Shown: in pieces, positions 42,097 through 51,832 of the stretch
How the letters are laid out: each line of letters opens with the position of its first letter
Numbering within the stretch: position 1 is the first letter of the stretch
Assembly: GCA_014879445.1 (NCBI GenBank)
Contig: JACSSC010000058.1
Span: 39,536-103,535, forward strand
Source of the DNA: Candidatus Competibacteraceae bacterium
GTDB taxonomy: Bacteria; Bacteroidota; Bacteroidia; CAIKAF01
Direction of reading: 5' to 3'
Length of the DNA stretch: 64,000 bases
Translations under genes and position numbers: made by a program
Notes under the pieces: model-generated
Databases searched by the model: none
What the model was told of the DNA's origin: nothing
Seen by the model: the letters and a program-made list of their open reading frames with translations, nothing else

Positions 42097-43767
42097 TTAA
42101 TCAAATTGTACTTTGGAGAACCACATCAATTTACCTTTCCTATCAGCACCGATGAAGATAACTTTATTATCTTTAATGGGGTTAACGGGGAACTTGTCAT
42201 CTAAGTAGTAATCGCCATTACCTATATCCAAGAAATCATTTGGTGCTTTGCCGTCATTAGAAATTTTGGCTACACGAGGGTAGTACAACATTCTGGCTGT
42301 TTCGCCCCATTTCTTGGCACCGGCCACTTCAAAAATCGTCCAATATACACCCGAACCGTCAGGAGCATTTAGCAATGCATGCTCAGTAGGTGTTGCCTTA
42401 TTGTATTCATTTTTCTTACGCAATTTTGTGGAGTAGTTGCTGATGAGTTTTCCGCTTGAATTAAAGTTGAAGGCCACCACTTCCTGATAGCTGGATGTAC
42501 TAATACCCATAACTACAGGGCCGGAAGTATATTTTTGACCTGTGATAAAGATATTTCCGGTTGGGCCTATATCCAGTCCACAAATCTTAAGAATTCCGCC
42601 TGTAAAGGGTTTGCCTTTTTCTGAGCCAACCTGAACAAATGTAGGTTTGAATTCTTTGATATCGGTGAATGTTACCCAATCAATTTTGCTAGGAGAAATT
42701 TTCATGATTTGATAACCATTTGGCTTCTCTCCATATGTATTGCGTGTTTGTAATGAGCTTTGAGGCAGATATGCTGCGTTGCCTAAATATTTGGGATTTA
42801 CCTTTGTTTTGGATGTTACACCATGTATAAAAATGTCATCACCTACTTCGCTCATTTCATATACCACCCAAGTAAACATGTTAGGAACGGCAATTTCATT
42901 TCTTCTCACAATAGATCCATTAAATTCCACTTCAATGTATTCAAACTTATTATCGGCTCTCTGAAAAAGATAACCAACATTTCCGGTAGATAAGAATTTG
43001 TATTTTACAGGAGCAGCAGCTACCGGGAAATCAAGGGGTGTGGATTTTAATTTTTCCATTGACTTAACGCTGAACATTTCAAAAACCCAACGTTTGCCAG
43101 CTTCTGCTAAATTTTTTCTGTCATATACAGCAGCACAAATTACGACGTCGCCTTTTTCGGCATTCATTACCGGTCTGGCGGCATGGGCAGTTCTGTAGGT
43201 TGCTGTGTAACCGTAGCTGTACACGTTGCTGGTGGTAGTGCGGATATATTGTTGCAGGTCGTTGTTGGTCCAGAAGTTCAACAATTTTAGTTTTTCACCG
43301 TCTTCTCCTTTGGGTCTTACTCTTTCATCAACATTAAAACGGTTATCGCAATAACCGGTTAGCCAGTTGAAATAGTTCTCAATATATCCTTTTTTGAAAA
43401 CGGTTTGTCCTGTAAGCCAGTTAGGTTCTACGGTTAAGAGAGGTTCTTTTGTTTCAGGGCAAAAATCAAACGAAAAATGAAGTTTGTATTTTTGTCGCAC
43501 TTTTTCAATATCATCCTCCAAATTTTCTGTTTTGATGTAGTTGAAATCCAAATCAAAATACAGAATTTCAGCTTTTACTTTTCTGGCTGTCGATTTGGTC
43601 AGATAAAACAGAATCATTTGGTTATTGTCTTCATCAATCTGTACTTCCGTCAGATTAGTGATTTTTGCTTTTCCGTCCGGATCGAAAGTTGCTTCTTTAA
43701 TAACTTTTTGCGAATAAACACCTGCTGATATGAAGAGTAGCAGCAGGATTGTAATGGGCTTTCTCAT
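42097..43767 (-). CDS. Secreted hypothetical protein, beta-rich (possible propeller)
   Basis: Signal peptide MRKPITILLLLFISAGVYS-Q; 556-aa ORF; no family recognised. Confidence 0.75.
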   Translation of the reverse strand: MRKPITILLLLFISAGVYSQKVIKEATFDPDGKAKITNLTEVQIDEDNNQMILFYLTKSTARKVKAEILYFDLDFNYIKTENLEDDIEKVRQKYKLHFSFDFCPETKEPLLTVEPNWLTGQTVFKKGYIENYFNWLTGYCDNRFNVDERVRPKGEDGEKLKLLNFWTNNDLQQYIRTTTSNVYSYGYTATYRTAHAARPVMNAEKGDVVICAAVYDRKNLAEAGKRWVFEMFSVKSMEKLKSTPLDFPVAAAPVKYKFLSTGNVGYLFQRADNKFEYIEVEFNGSIVRRNEIAVPNMFTWVVYEMSEVGDDIFIHGVTSKTKVNPKYLGNAAYLPQSSLQTRNTYGEKPNGYQIMKISPSKIDWVTFTDIKEFKPTFVQVGSEKGKPFTGGILKICGLDIGPTGNIFITGQKYTSGPVVMGISTSSYQEVVAFNFNSSGKLISNYSTKLRKKNEYNKATPTEHALLNAPDGSGVYWTIFEVAGAKKWGETARMLYYPRVAKISNDGKAPNDFLDIGNGDYYLDDKFPVNPIKDNKVIFIGADRKGKLMWFSKVQFD

Positions 43768-43890
43768 GGTTTTAATGTATTTTTTGTTAAAGATTAAAGG
43801 CAAATGTAAATGAAATCTGATTGATTTTATCATTTCAAATTAAAATACTGCATTCGCCTTACTTCATCCTATTCAGTTCTATTGATCCAT

Positions 43891-43927
43891 TAAAAAAAAG
43901 AGCCGCTTCTATGAAGCGGCTCTTTTT
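43891..43927. terminator. Intrinsic terminator
   Basis: A-run, GAGCCGCTTC-tat-GAAGCGGCTC, T-run. Confidence 0.9.
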
Positions 43928-43944
43928 ACTCTGCAAGGAGGTTA

Positions 43945-46299
43945 TTATTGAATCAGTGTCATTTCAACACGGCGGTTGCGTTGACGTCCGTCTTCAGTAT
44001 CGTTGCTGTCAACAGGTTTATCAGGGCCAAACCAGTTTACAACAAAGCGACTTGCCGGTACGCCTTTCTTCACCAAGTAGTTCTTCACAGCATTGGCTCG
44101 ATTCTTAGATAAGGTAATGTTGGCATCACGTTTACCTACATTATCGGTATGTCCTTCAATCATCAGCTTCCATTCCGGTTTGCTCTTCAGCATCAAAGCT
44201 AATTCATCTAATTCATCAAAACTACTGCTGCGTATGATAGATTTGCCGGTGGCAAACTCCAGATTGTCAAATGCCTTCTTCAATACTTCTTTCTCTTTCT
44301 CAGTAATTGGCGGACATCCGAAGTTTTCAATAACACCGGGCACAGTAGGACACTTGTCGTCAATGTCGCGAATTCCATCACCATCTGTATCGGCATAAGG
44401 GCAACCCTTAAGCTCTGCTATTCCGGGCACGGTTGGGCAAAGGTCTTCGTGGTCGAAAATACCATCGCCATCTGTATCTGGGCAGCCAAAGGTTTCTTTG
44501 GGTCCTGGTATGGTCGGACATTGGTCTATCTTATCAATCAGGCCATCGCCATCTGTATCGGGACAACCATTAAATTGTGGCAATCCTCTTTCATCCGGAC
44601 AATCATCTTCACGGTCAATCACGCCATCAAAGTCGCGGTCTGGACATCCTTGTAATTCTTTGGGGCCTGCCTCAGTCGGACATTTATCCACTTTGTCGGG
44701 TAATCCGTCTCCATCTGTATCAGGGCAACCTTTAAATTCGGCAAGTCCTGGTTCGGTCGGGCAATCATCTTCAGTATCTTGGATGCCGTCGCCATCGGTA
44801 TCAGGACAACCCAAGAAAGCCCAGGTTCCGGGAATATCTCGGCATTTATCTTTCTTGTCGGATACTTTATCATTATCGCGGTCGCGTGGCTTGCCATGAG
44901 GTATTGGTATTTTCAATCCGGCATGTACATCAATTCCTTTCCAGTCGCCGGCAATTAAATTAGAGAAGATATCGCCTGACCCGATATGTAAAGGTCCTAA
45001 GCGAAGTGCCAATCCCCAGTTGAAATCGGAGTATGTATTATAGGCAATAGGCATATAGGCGCCAAACCACGGATTCTCATATCGAACAGTAAATGCCAAA
45101 TTAGTGGCAACGTGTGAGCGGCTGTCATCTGAACGGCCATTATTGAATGCAATAAAGGGTGTAAAGTTTAAATACAGCCCTTTCACCGGTTGATAATCAA
45201 TGGATGCTACCAATGAAATGGGAAGTTCCATACCATAGGAGGTTTGCCCCATATCTACCACGGTCATACCAGGCATATTATTTAATTTGTCGGTTAAATC
45301 GTAAATGTTTTCTATGCCATCAAAATAACTGTTGTGCAGACCGGTTACATTTGCCGTATAGTCGCGACTGTTGGCAGCACGGGTATATTTTATGGAGCCG
45401 ATATCAACCAATGCCAATGATGCTTTCAGCATGTATTTGTCAAGGTCTTTACGCCATAGGTTGGTTTTTCCATCCATGTCATATTTGTAATTCTGCCATT
45501 TCGGACGCCATTCATATACCACACCCAAGTCGGCGCCAAATCCAAACCCTTCTAATTTGAAGCTGTAGTTGCTGTTGGCAAAATCTAAGTTGTCGGAGTG
45601 CCCGTAGTTTACATTTCCATACATCTGACGTATGGTGTCATTACCCCATACAAAGCTAATGTTTTTACCATTGGCATAAGCTGAGCCCAATCCCTGTAGG
45701 AATTTTAGTGTAATACCGGCTTTTAAAAAATGTTCGTTTTTGTCTAAAATAATACGGCCATAGGTTAATCCATATTCTGCAAAGGCATTCACGTTTGCCG
45801 AAGCATAATCTTCTGTATAAACAATGCCATATTTCGAACTAGGGATTCCATTATAGATAAAATCTGCAAAAGGGTCGTCTAAGTCATCTAAGTTTGCTAT
45901 TGCTCGAATATTGCTTGTAAATGCAATGGCATCTTTTTGGGTAATATTGAACATAAATGATGGCCCTTGTATTCTAAAATTAGCAAGGGCTTGTTTGGGA
46001 TTGCCATCAAAATTGTACTTAATATACAAAGTGTCGGCTCCCGGCTCCTCAAGACGCGAAGGATCAAAAATGGCACGCTGATCTATACTGATAAAGTTAT
46101 TACCCATTGATGCATTAATCATAAACAGGTTGATGTCTACCTTAAATCTGGAATCCACCACATTGGCCGGATTAACATGCAAGCTGTTGATACCAGCCCA
46201 ACTGCCAATGCTATATCCTGCAAAATCTTGTGCTAAAACGGAACTTGATATACCCATGGTTAGGGATAAAATACAAGCCAATTGTGTAATTCTTTTCAT
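43945..46299 (-). CDS. DUF5723 barrel + thrombospondin type-3 repeats + OmpA_C outer-membrane protein
   Basis: NPAN.VDSR, G.TLKFLQG.G, DLGVVYEW, DIGSIKY; Asp/Cys repeats; FATGKS..IEGHTD..LSKNRA..NRRVE. Confidence 0.9.
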   Translation of the reverse strand: MKRITQLACILSLTMGISSSVLAQDFAGYSIGSWAGINSLHVNPANVVDSRFKVDINLFMINASMGNNFISIDQRAIFDPSRLEEPGADTLYIKYNFDGNPKQALANFRIQGPSFMFNITQKDAIAFTSNIRAIANLDDLDDPFADFIYNGIPSSKYGIVYTEDYASANVNAFAEYGLTYGRIILDKNEHFLKAGITLKFLQGLGSAYANGKNISFVWGNDTIRQMYGNVNYGHSDNLDFANSNYSFKLEGFGFGADLGVVYEWRPKWQNYKYDMDGKTNLWRKDLDKYMLKASLALVDIGSIKYTRAANSRDYTANVTGLHNSYFDGIENIYDLTDKLNNMPGMTVVDMGQTSYGMELPISLVASIDYQPVKGLYLNFTPFIAFNNGRSDDSRSHVATNLAFTVRYENPWFGAYMPIAYNTYSDFNWGLALRLGPLHIGSGDIFSNLIAGDWKGIDVHAGLKIPIPHGKPRDRDNDKVSDKKDKCRDIPGTWAFLGCPDTDGDGIQDTEDDCPTEPGLAEFKGCPDTDGDGLPDKVDKCPTEAGPKELQGCPDRDFDGVIDREDDCPDERGLPQFNGCPDTDGDGLIDKIDQCPTIPGPKETFGCPDTDGDGIFDHEDLCPTVPGIAELKGCPYADTDGDGIRDIDDKCPTVPGVIENFGCPPITEKEKEVLKKAFDNLEFATGKSIIRSSSFDELDELALMLKSKPEWKLMIEGHTDNVGKRDANITLSKNRANAVKNYLVKKGVPASRFVVNWFGPDKPVDSNDTEDGRQRNRRVEMTLIQ
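44311..44883 (-). repeat. Seven tandem 27-aa (81-bp) TSP3-like calcium-binding repeats
   Basis: D.DGDG..D..D.CP...G.....GCP seven times; recurring CCATCTGTATC in the DNA. Confidence 0.9.
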
Positions 46300-46530
46300 A
46301 ATTGCTTTAAGTATTTGGTTATAAATTCATATCAAAGGAATAAAAAAAATAAATACGCTTTCAATTTTTATTTTGTTTTTTTTCACAAATACAATACAAA
46401 GCAACAACTTAATAAACATACCTCTCAAAATTTGTTACGAACGGTAAGTTTTTGTTGTAAATAACATGAAAAGCGACATAATATTATAAAAGTATCGCTC
46501 AATGAAAGTTTCGAAAAATCTTAAATACGA

Positions 46531-49056
46531 TTAAGGGATTGAAAAAAATAGGAGTTTATTTTGATGGGTTAAGATGATTGTGATGGGCATATCGGGAAGC
46601 CCGATAGCAAAAGGCAGTGCGCCATACAATGGTGATCCGGCCACCATTTCCCACCTATGATTGAATATCAATAGTCGCTCTTGCATTTGGTCGTATATGA
46701 GCCGGTAATGGAGGTCTTGATAGAGTAAACGATAGCTTCCTTTCTCAATATTAGGAATTGATGTAATGATTTTTTGGGTAGAAGATGTAATTTTTAGGGC
46801 ATTTGATTCCCAAACCCAAAATATGATATTTCCTATTTCAGTGGAGTGTTCGGCGTGTATCAAAACGCTTGGTTTGTTTCGTTGCCATATCTCGGGCTTG
46901 CGTGATGAGTCAAAGTTCTGATATATGATTGATCCATTGGCATCTGAAAATACCATGCCATTCATCATCGCTTCGGCATGTTGAATCAGTATAACAGGGC
47001 TGGTTACAGGCGTTGTCCATGATGCTATTTGTTCTATTTGTCCATTGGTTTTGTAGCCGGTTGCGGCGCCGTCGTTATTTACAATCCAAAGCGAATAGAG
47101 CGATGATGTCGGCACAAAAAGTTGAACATCCTTGTCGGGATATGGATGTTTGAACAGCATTTTGCTCTGTCCGTTCTTGTCGGTACTCCAACAGGTGCCA
47201 TCCTGATTCTCCCATATAATATGTGTTGGATGGCCATTCACCGGCATGATTTTTTTTATGGGTAGCTCAATCGGGAAACCGGGCAAATCTCTTCCTTCAT
47301 GTTGTATGGCATATAGCTTTTTATGAGAAACATAAACCAATTGTGATGAGCCCGTTTCGGGATACCAATTGATCGTTTGAGGCGCCGAAGATATAGGATG
47401 TTCAAGTATTCTTTTCCACAATATTTGTCCTTGCAAATTGCAGCCAATCATTTGTTGTGATGTTACAATTACCAGTGTAGAATCTTTCCCTGTAAGAAGT
47501 GTAGGCGAAAAGAGAGGAATGGATGGTAACAACAATTCTGTTTGTAATGGAATTTGGGTTGCTATTCGATTTGCAATATTGATTTTGATGAAGCAGCGAG
47601 CTATCTCTTTTTTGTTACTCCATCGTATGCTAAGGGTTTCGAATATTCCTGATAAGGAAGCTGATTCTGCATTTTGCATTTTTGAATTGTTGAGTAGCGA
47701 TGGCTGTAGCCAGAGTGTCCATGATACGCTGCGTTTATTTTCTGAGGCAAATGCTTTTTCATATAGTGGATATCCTTGCATGGAGCCCTTTTGTATTTCC
47801 TGATGATAAAACCTGATGGCATCTTCTGTAGCTGATATAATCAGATAATTATTGTGATGTGTGATATAGTATGATATTGATGAAAATAGTTTCCCCAGCG
47901 GAAAGTTTGCAAATAAAAGGGAGTCGTGTAATATGCTGCACAATGCGGAATCGTTTGTTGTCATATTTATCAGCGAGTCGCCAAGTTGTTCGGTTATCCT
48001 GCGACTTTCATCATTTGTACGGAATATCAGCCATGTATGTGTTTGTGATGAATAGTTATCATAGCGTGTAGTGATATAAGCCGGCCCATCCATAAATGGA
48101 ACAAGCCGATTTTGAGGTAGCAGATGGGTTAATCCAGATGAATGAAATGCCAGCACCATGCCACTTCGCATTGGAATTTGCGATAGTCCACTTTGCAGGT
48201 TATCTTCCTTTTCGGGCAAGGCGTGCATCCATCCTTTATTTCTCACCAATGGAAAGAGCCCGTTGAGATGTATTGACATTGAGTCGGGCTCGATACTGAA
48301 TTGACCTGATTGAAATGCGTCGGGCAATAACAATGTCTGAAAATCATTGTTTGAAAGAAACCCTGCAAGGCGAAACAATGAGGCGGGCGAACAGATTAGT
48401 CCGAATGGTGATGCAACGGGCTTAGTGGCCATGAGTAATTCAAAGTCATTTCGTGTAGGAAACCCATTTTTTTTATGCAATGTGAGTAATGCCGATTCCA
48501 CCATATTGATATCGAATGATGCAATCCAAATATCTTCTTTGATGGCATAGTGTAAAAAGCGATTGCTGAGTGAAAGTTTCATGCGGCGTATGCTTCCGTG
48601 CTCATAAGTGATTTTCTCTAAAGGATGTGTTTTGTTGGATTTTACGACAAACTGGTCAATAAAATGTTCTTTAAACTTGCCATTCAGATTGCATGTATAG
48701 AGTATTCGATATCCTTTTGGTGTTAGGTGAAGCGATGCATAGAGTGTAGCGTTTGTAAAAAATTCTGCCGTGCTTTCATGTGTACGTATGATGGAATCGA
48801 GTGGCAAAAAATCGGCAATAAATTGTTTCACTTCAGGCAAAGTATCAAGCGACGACCAAAAGGACATCTTCAGCCATCTTTTTCCGATGCCGAATGGATC
48901 TTTTAGTTCGAAGATCATTTCAGCATCAGCCGGTATAGCTTCCGTTGCACTTGATTTTTTTCTAAAAACGGGCTGAAGCAGAAAAAAAGATACTACGATC
49001 AATATAAATATGGATACTGATATACCGATAATCCAATTTCTCTTCTTTTTATTCAT
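46531..49056 (-). CDS. Membrane-anchored DUF3352-like protein with C-terminal propeller-like region
   Basis: N-terminal TM, AIPADA, LYASLH; later G.ILWK..I.SAP, GRDLPGFPI. Confidence 0.65.
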   Translation of the reverse strand: MNKKKRNWIIGISVSIFILIVVSFFLLQPVFRKKSSATEAIPADAEMIFELKDPFGIGKRWLKMSFWSSLDTLPEVKQFIADFLPLDSIIRTHESTAEFFTNATLYASLHLTPKGYRILYTCNLNGKFKEHFIDQFVVKSNKTHPLEKITYEHGSIRRMKLSLSNRFLHYAIKEDIWIASFDINMVESALLTLHKKNGFPTRNDFELLMATKPVASPFGLICSPASLFRLAGFLSNNDFQTLLLPDAFQSGQFSIEPDSMSIHLNGLFPLVRNKGWMHALPEKEDNLQSGLSQIPMRSGMVLAFHSSGLTHLLPQNRLVPFMDGPAYITTRYDNYSSQTHTWLIFRTNDESRRITEQLGDSLINMTTNDSALCSILHDSLLFANFPLGKLFSSISYYITHHNNYLIISATEDAIRFYHQEIQKGSMQGYPLYEKAFASENKRSVSWTLWLQPSLLNNSKMQNAESASLSGIFETLSIRWSNKKEIARCFIKINIANRIATQIPLQTELLLPSIPLFSPTLLTGKDSTLVIVTSQQMIGCNLQGQILWKRILEHPISSAPQTINWYPETGSSQLVYVSHKKLYAIQHEGRDLPGFPIELPIKKIMPVNGHPTHIIWENQDGTCWSTDKNGQSKMLFKHPYPDKDVQLFVPTSSLYSLWIVNNDGAATGYKTNGQIEQIASWTTPVTSPVILIQHAEAMMNGMVFSDANGSIIYQNFDSSRKPEIWQRNKPSVLIHAEHSTEIGNIIFWVWESNALKITSSTQKIITSIPNIEKGSYRLLYQDLHYRLIYDQMQERLLIFNHRWEMVAGSPLYGALPFAIGLPDMPITIILTHQNKLLFFSIP

Positions 49057-49173
49057 AAAGCGTAAAAATATATTTATTTCAGCATTGAATTTTTAATCAC
49101 AAAAAAAATAATCAACAACTTGTTATTAATGAAAAAAGAAACAGGATACATAACATACGATGACACAATTGAG

Positions 49174-49181
49174 TATTTTTG
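49174..49181 (+). promoter_or_regulatory. -7 promoter element TATTTTTG, 4 nt before the ATG at 49186
   Basis: Exact TAnnTTTG match. Confidence 0.6.
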
Positions 49182-49185
49182 AGCC

Positions 49186-49671
49186 ATGAAGAAACTGATA
49201 CTTGTGAGGCATGCCAAATCTGATTGGGACAATCCTTTCCTCTCTGATTTTGATAGACCATTGAATCATCGCGGGTTGCACGATGCCCCTATGATGGCAG
49301 AACGGATTATCCAAAAGGGCCACCTCCCTGATGTTGTGGTAAGCTCTGATGCACGTCGTGCTCTTGATACAGCTGAGTTGATGATGGAGGCCTGGCATAA
49401 CAATTCTCTTTCTTTGCACAAGGAGCACATCCTCTATCATGCGCCTGCCGAAACAATTTTTGATATTTTCAAACAACATACTTCTGATTTTGACAGCATC
49501 ATGTTGGTGTCGCACAATCCGGGTATTACAGATTTTGTTCTGCTGTTTTCTAATCTCAAGATAGATAATGTGCCAACCTGTGGCGTGATGGTATTCTCAT
49601 TTATGGACGGTGATAATGATTTACGGCCATTTCGGCTTATTGATTTTGATTTCCCTCGCAATCCTTCCTGA
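49186..49671 (+). CDS. sixA: SixA-type histidine phosphatase
   Basis: LILVRHAKSDW, DFDRPLN.RG, SSDA.RA..TA, VSHNPG, VPTCG. Confidence 0.88.
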   Translation: MKKLILVRHAKSDWDNPFLSDFDRPLNHRGLHDAPMMAERIIQKGHLPDVVVSSDARRALDTAELMMEAWHNNSLSLHKEHILYHAPAETIFDIFKQHTSDFDSIMLVSHNPGITDFVLLFSNLKIDNVPTCGVMVFSFMDGDNDLRPFRLIDFDFPRNPS

Positions 49672-50450
49672 TGAGTCGTTTTGTACATAAAAAGTCACTC
49701 GGACAACATTTTCTGAAAGATGTTTCTATCGCTGAGCGAATTGTGAATGCTATGCTCGAAAGCGGATATAAAGGGGATTTACTTGAAATTGGGCCTGGAC
49801 AAGGTGCCCTCACACGCTTGTTACGCACATACGATCAGTTTGATTTGCACGTGAACGAGTTGGATTATACGCTCTATGATTCTTTATCGCTCGAATATGC
49901 CTTAGATGATAAACATCTGATAAAGGGTGATTTTTTGACACTAAACATGGCGCAACTTTTCCCTCAGGGATGTGCTATCATCGGCAATTTCCCTTACAAT
50001 ATTTCCACCCAAATTGTTTTTCATATTCTTTCATATCATGCTTATGTGCCGGTTGTGGTAGGCATGTTTCAAAAGGAGGTGGCGCAACGCATTGCTTCTT
50101 CTCATGGATCAAAAGTTTATGGCATTACTAGCGTGTTGACGCAAATAATTTATGATGTAGAGTATCTTTTCACCGTTCCGCCTCATGTTTTTGACCCGCC
50201 ACCTAAAGTGGAATCAGGTGTAATACGAATGACTCGTAGATCGGTACCATTGGTTCAACAAACCGAATTATTCACTAAAGTAGTAAAGGCAGGTTTTGGC
50301 CAAAGAAGAAAAACTTTGAGAAACGCATTAAAAACATTACATTTGCCCGTTGGTTGGGAGCAGCTCCCCTGGCTTGATAAACGCGCTGAGCAATTGAGTT
50401 TGGATGATTTTGTTAAGCTAACCCAACAAATTAAACTTATAACAGGATAA
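49671..50450 (+). CDS. rsmA: 16S rRNA m6,2A dimethyltransferase
   Basis: KKSLGQHFL, EIGPG.GALT, GNFPYNIS, MFQKEVA.RI, F.PPPKVES, QRRKTLRN. Confidence 0.97.
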   Translation: MSRFVHKKSLGQHFLKDVSIAERIVNAMLESGYKGDLLEIGPGQGALTRLLRTYDQFDLHVNELDYTLYDSLSLEYALDDKHLIKGDFLTLNMAQLFPQGCAIIGNFPYNISTQIVFHILSYHAYVPVVVGMFQKEVAQRIASSHGSKVYGITSVLTQIIYDVEYLFTVPPHVFDPPPKVESGVIRMTRRSVPLVQQTELFTKVVKAGFGQRRKTLRNALKTLHLPVGWEQLPWLDKRAEQLSLDDFVKLTQQIKLITG

Positions 50451-50470
50451 ATGGACATTCCGGTCAGATC

Positions 50471-51832
50471 GTGCAAATACAAATTACATCGCAGTTTATC
50501 GGGCGGCTTGTTTCTCTTATCGAAAGTCGCGATGAAGCCCAGATTTTGGAGCTTATAGGTGATTTGCATCCTGTTGATCTCGCTGAAATATTTGAAGAAA
50601 TTTCTCCCATTAGGGCTAAGTATCTATATACTTTGTTGGATGAAGAAAAGGCAGCCGAAGTGGTTGCTTTCTTAGATGAGGATGTTCGTGAAAAGTTTTT
50701 AAGCCAGCTTACTTCCAAAGAAATTGCTGAAAATTTTGTTGAAAATCTGGATTCAGACGATGCGGCTGATATTATTGGTGAGCTCTCAGAAGAAAGGCAA
50801 CGCGAAGTGCTTTCTGAAATTGATGATATTGAAATTGCAAGCGATATCGTTGATCTTCTTAAATATGACGAAGACACAGCCGGTGGTTTGATGGCTAAAG
50901 AATTGGTAAAGGTTAACGTAAACTGGTCGCGGGATAAGGTCATTGATGAAGTACGTTTGCAATCTCATGAAGTGGATAACGTATATACCGTTTATGTAGT
51001 GGATGATAATGATGTGTTGTTGGGTATTCTTCCTTTGAAAAAGCTTCTTATTGAACCCGAGATTGTGCGTATTGAGGATATGTATCACGATAAAATCCAG
51101 TTTGCTGTTGTTCACCAATCAGCCGAAGAAGCGGCTTCAATGATGAAAAAATACGACTTAGTAGTGTTACCTGTGGTTGATGAAATTGGCCGGCTCGTTG
51201 GGCGTATTACTATTGACGACGTGGTGGACGTGTTGCAGGAAGAGGCCGAAAAGGACTATCAACTTATGAGCGGTTTGAGTGGAAGCGTTGAATCTGATGA
51301 TACGATATGGGTGCTTACACGAGCCCGTATGCCTTGGCTTCTGGTTGGTTTGATTGGAGGTATTGTGGGTTCTCAAATTATTAGTGTATATGAAGATCAG
51401 ATAAAGATTCATCCTGAAATGGCCTACTTTATTCCTCTGATTGCGGCCATGGGCGGAAATGCCGGTGTACAGTCAAGCGCTATTATTGTGCAGGGTCTTG
51501 CTAATAATACCCTAAAAAAAGGGGATGCTCTACTAAAGTTTTTTAAAGAACTTTCTGTGGGCTTGCTCAATGGTATAGTTTGCGCTTCTGTTATCATGTT
51601 GTATAATATTGTATTCTCTAATCACATGGGAATTGCCATTACGGTTAGTGTAGCCATGCTTACAGTTATTGTCGTAGCTTCTATAATGGGCACTTTTATT
51701 CCGCTTACTTTGCATCGTTTTAAAATTGACCCGGCCCTTGCTACCGGACCATTCATCACTACCATGAATGATATAACCGGTATGTTTATTTATTTCCTCA
51801 TAGGCCGTATGATGTACGAGATGTTTGTTTAA
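50471..51832 (+). CDS. mgtE: Magnesium transporter MgtE
   Basis: LHPVDLAE, DSDDAAD, YDEDTAGGLM, CBS pair, R.PWL, MGGNAGVQ, DPALATGPFITT.ND. Confidence 0.97.
   Translation: MQIQITSQFIGRLVSLIESRDEAQILELIGDLHPVDLAEIFEEISPIRAKYLYTLLDEEKAAEVVAFLDEDVREKFLSQLTSKEIAENFVENLDSDDAADIIGELSEERQREVLSEIDDIEIASDIVDLLKYDEDTAGGLMAKELVKVNVNWSRDKVIDEVRLQSHEVDNVYTVYVVDDNDVLLGILPLKKLLIEPEIVRIEDMYHDKIQFAVVHQSAEEAASMMKKYDLVVLPVVDEIGRLVGRITIDDVVDVLQEEAEKDYQLMSGLSGSVESDDTIWVLTRARMPWLLVGLIGGIVGSQIISVYEDQIKIHPEMAYFIPLIAAMGGNAGVQSSAIIVQGLANNTLKKGDALLKFFKELSVGLLNGIVCASVIMLYNIVFSNHMGIAITVSVAMLTVIVVASIMGTFIPLTLHRFKIDPALATGPFITTMNDITGMFIYFLIGRMMYEMFV

Noticed and set aside
44311-44883. 81-bp periodic repeats as a CRISPR array or novel repeat
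   Set aside because: In-frame, degenerate TSP3 protein repeats; no identical direct repeats or cas genes
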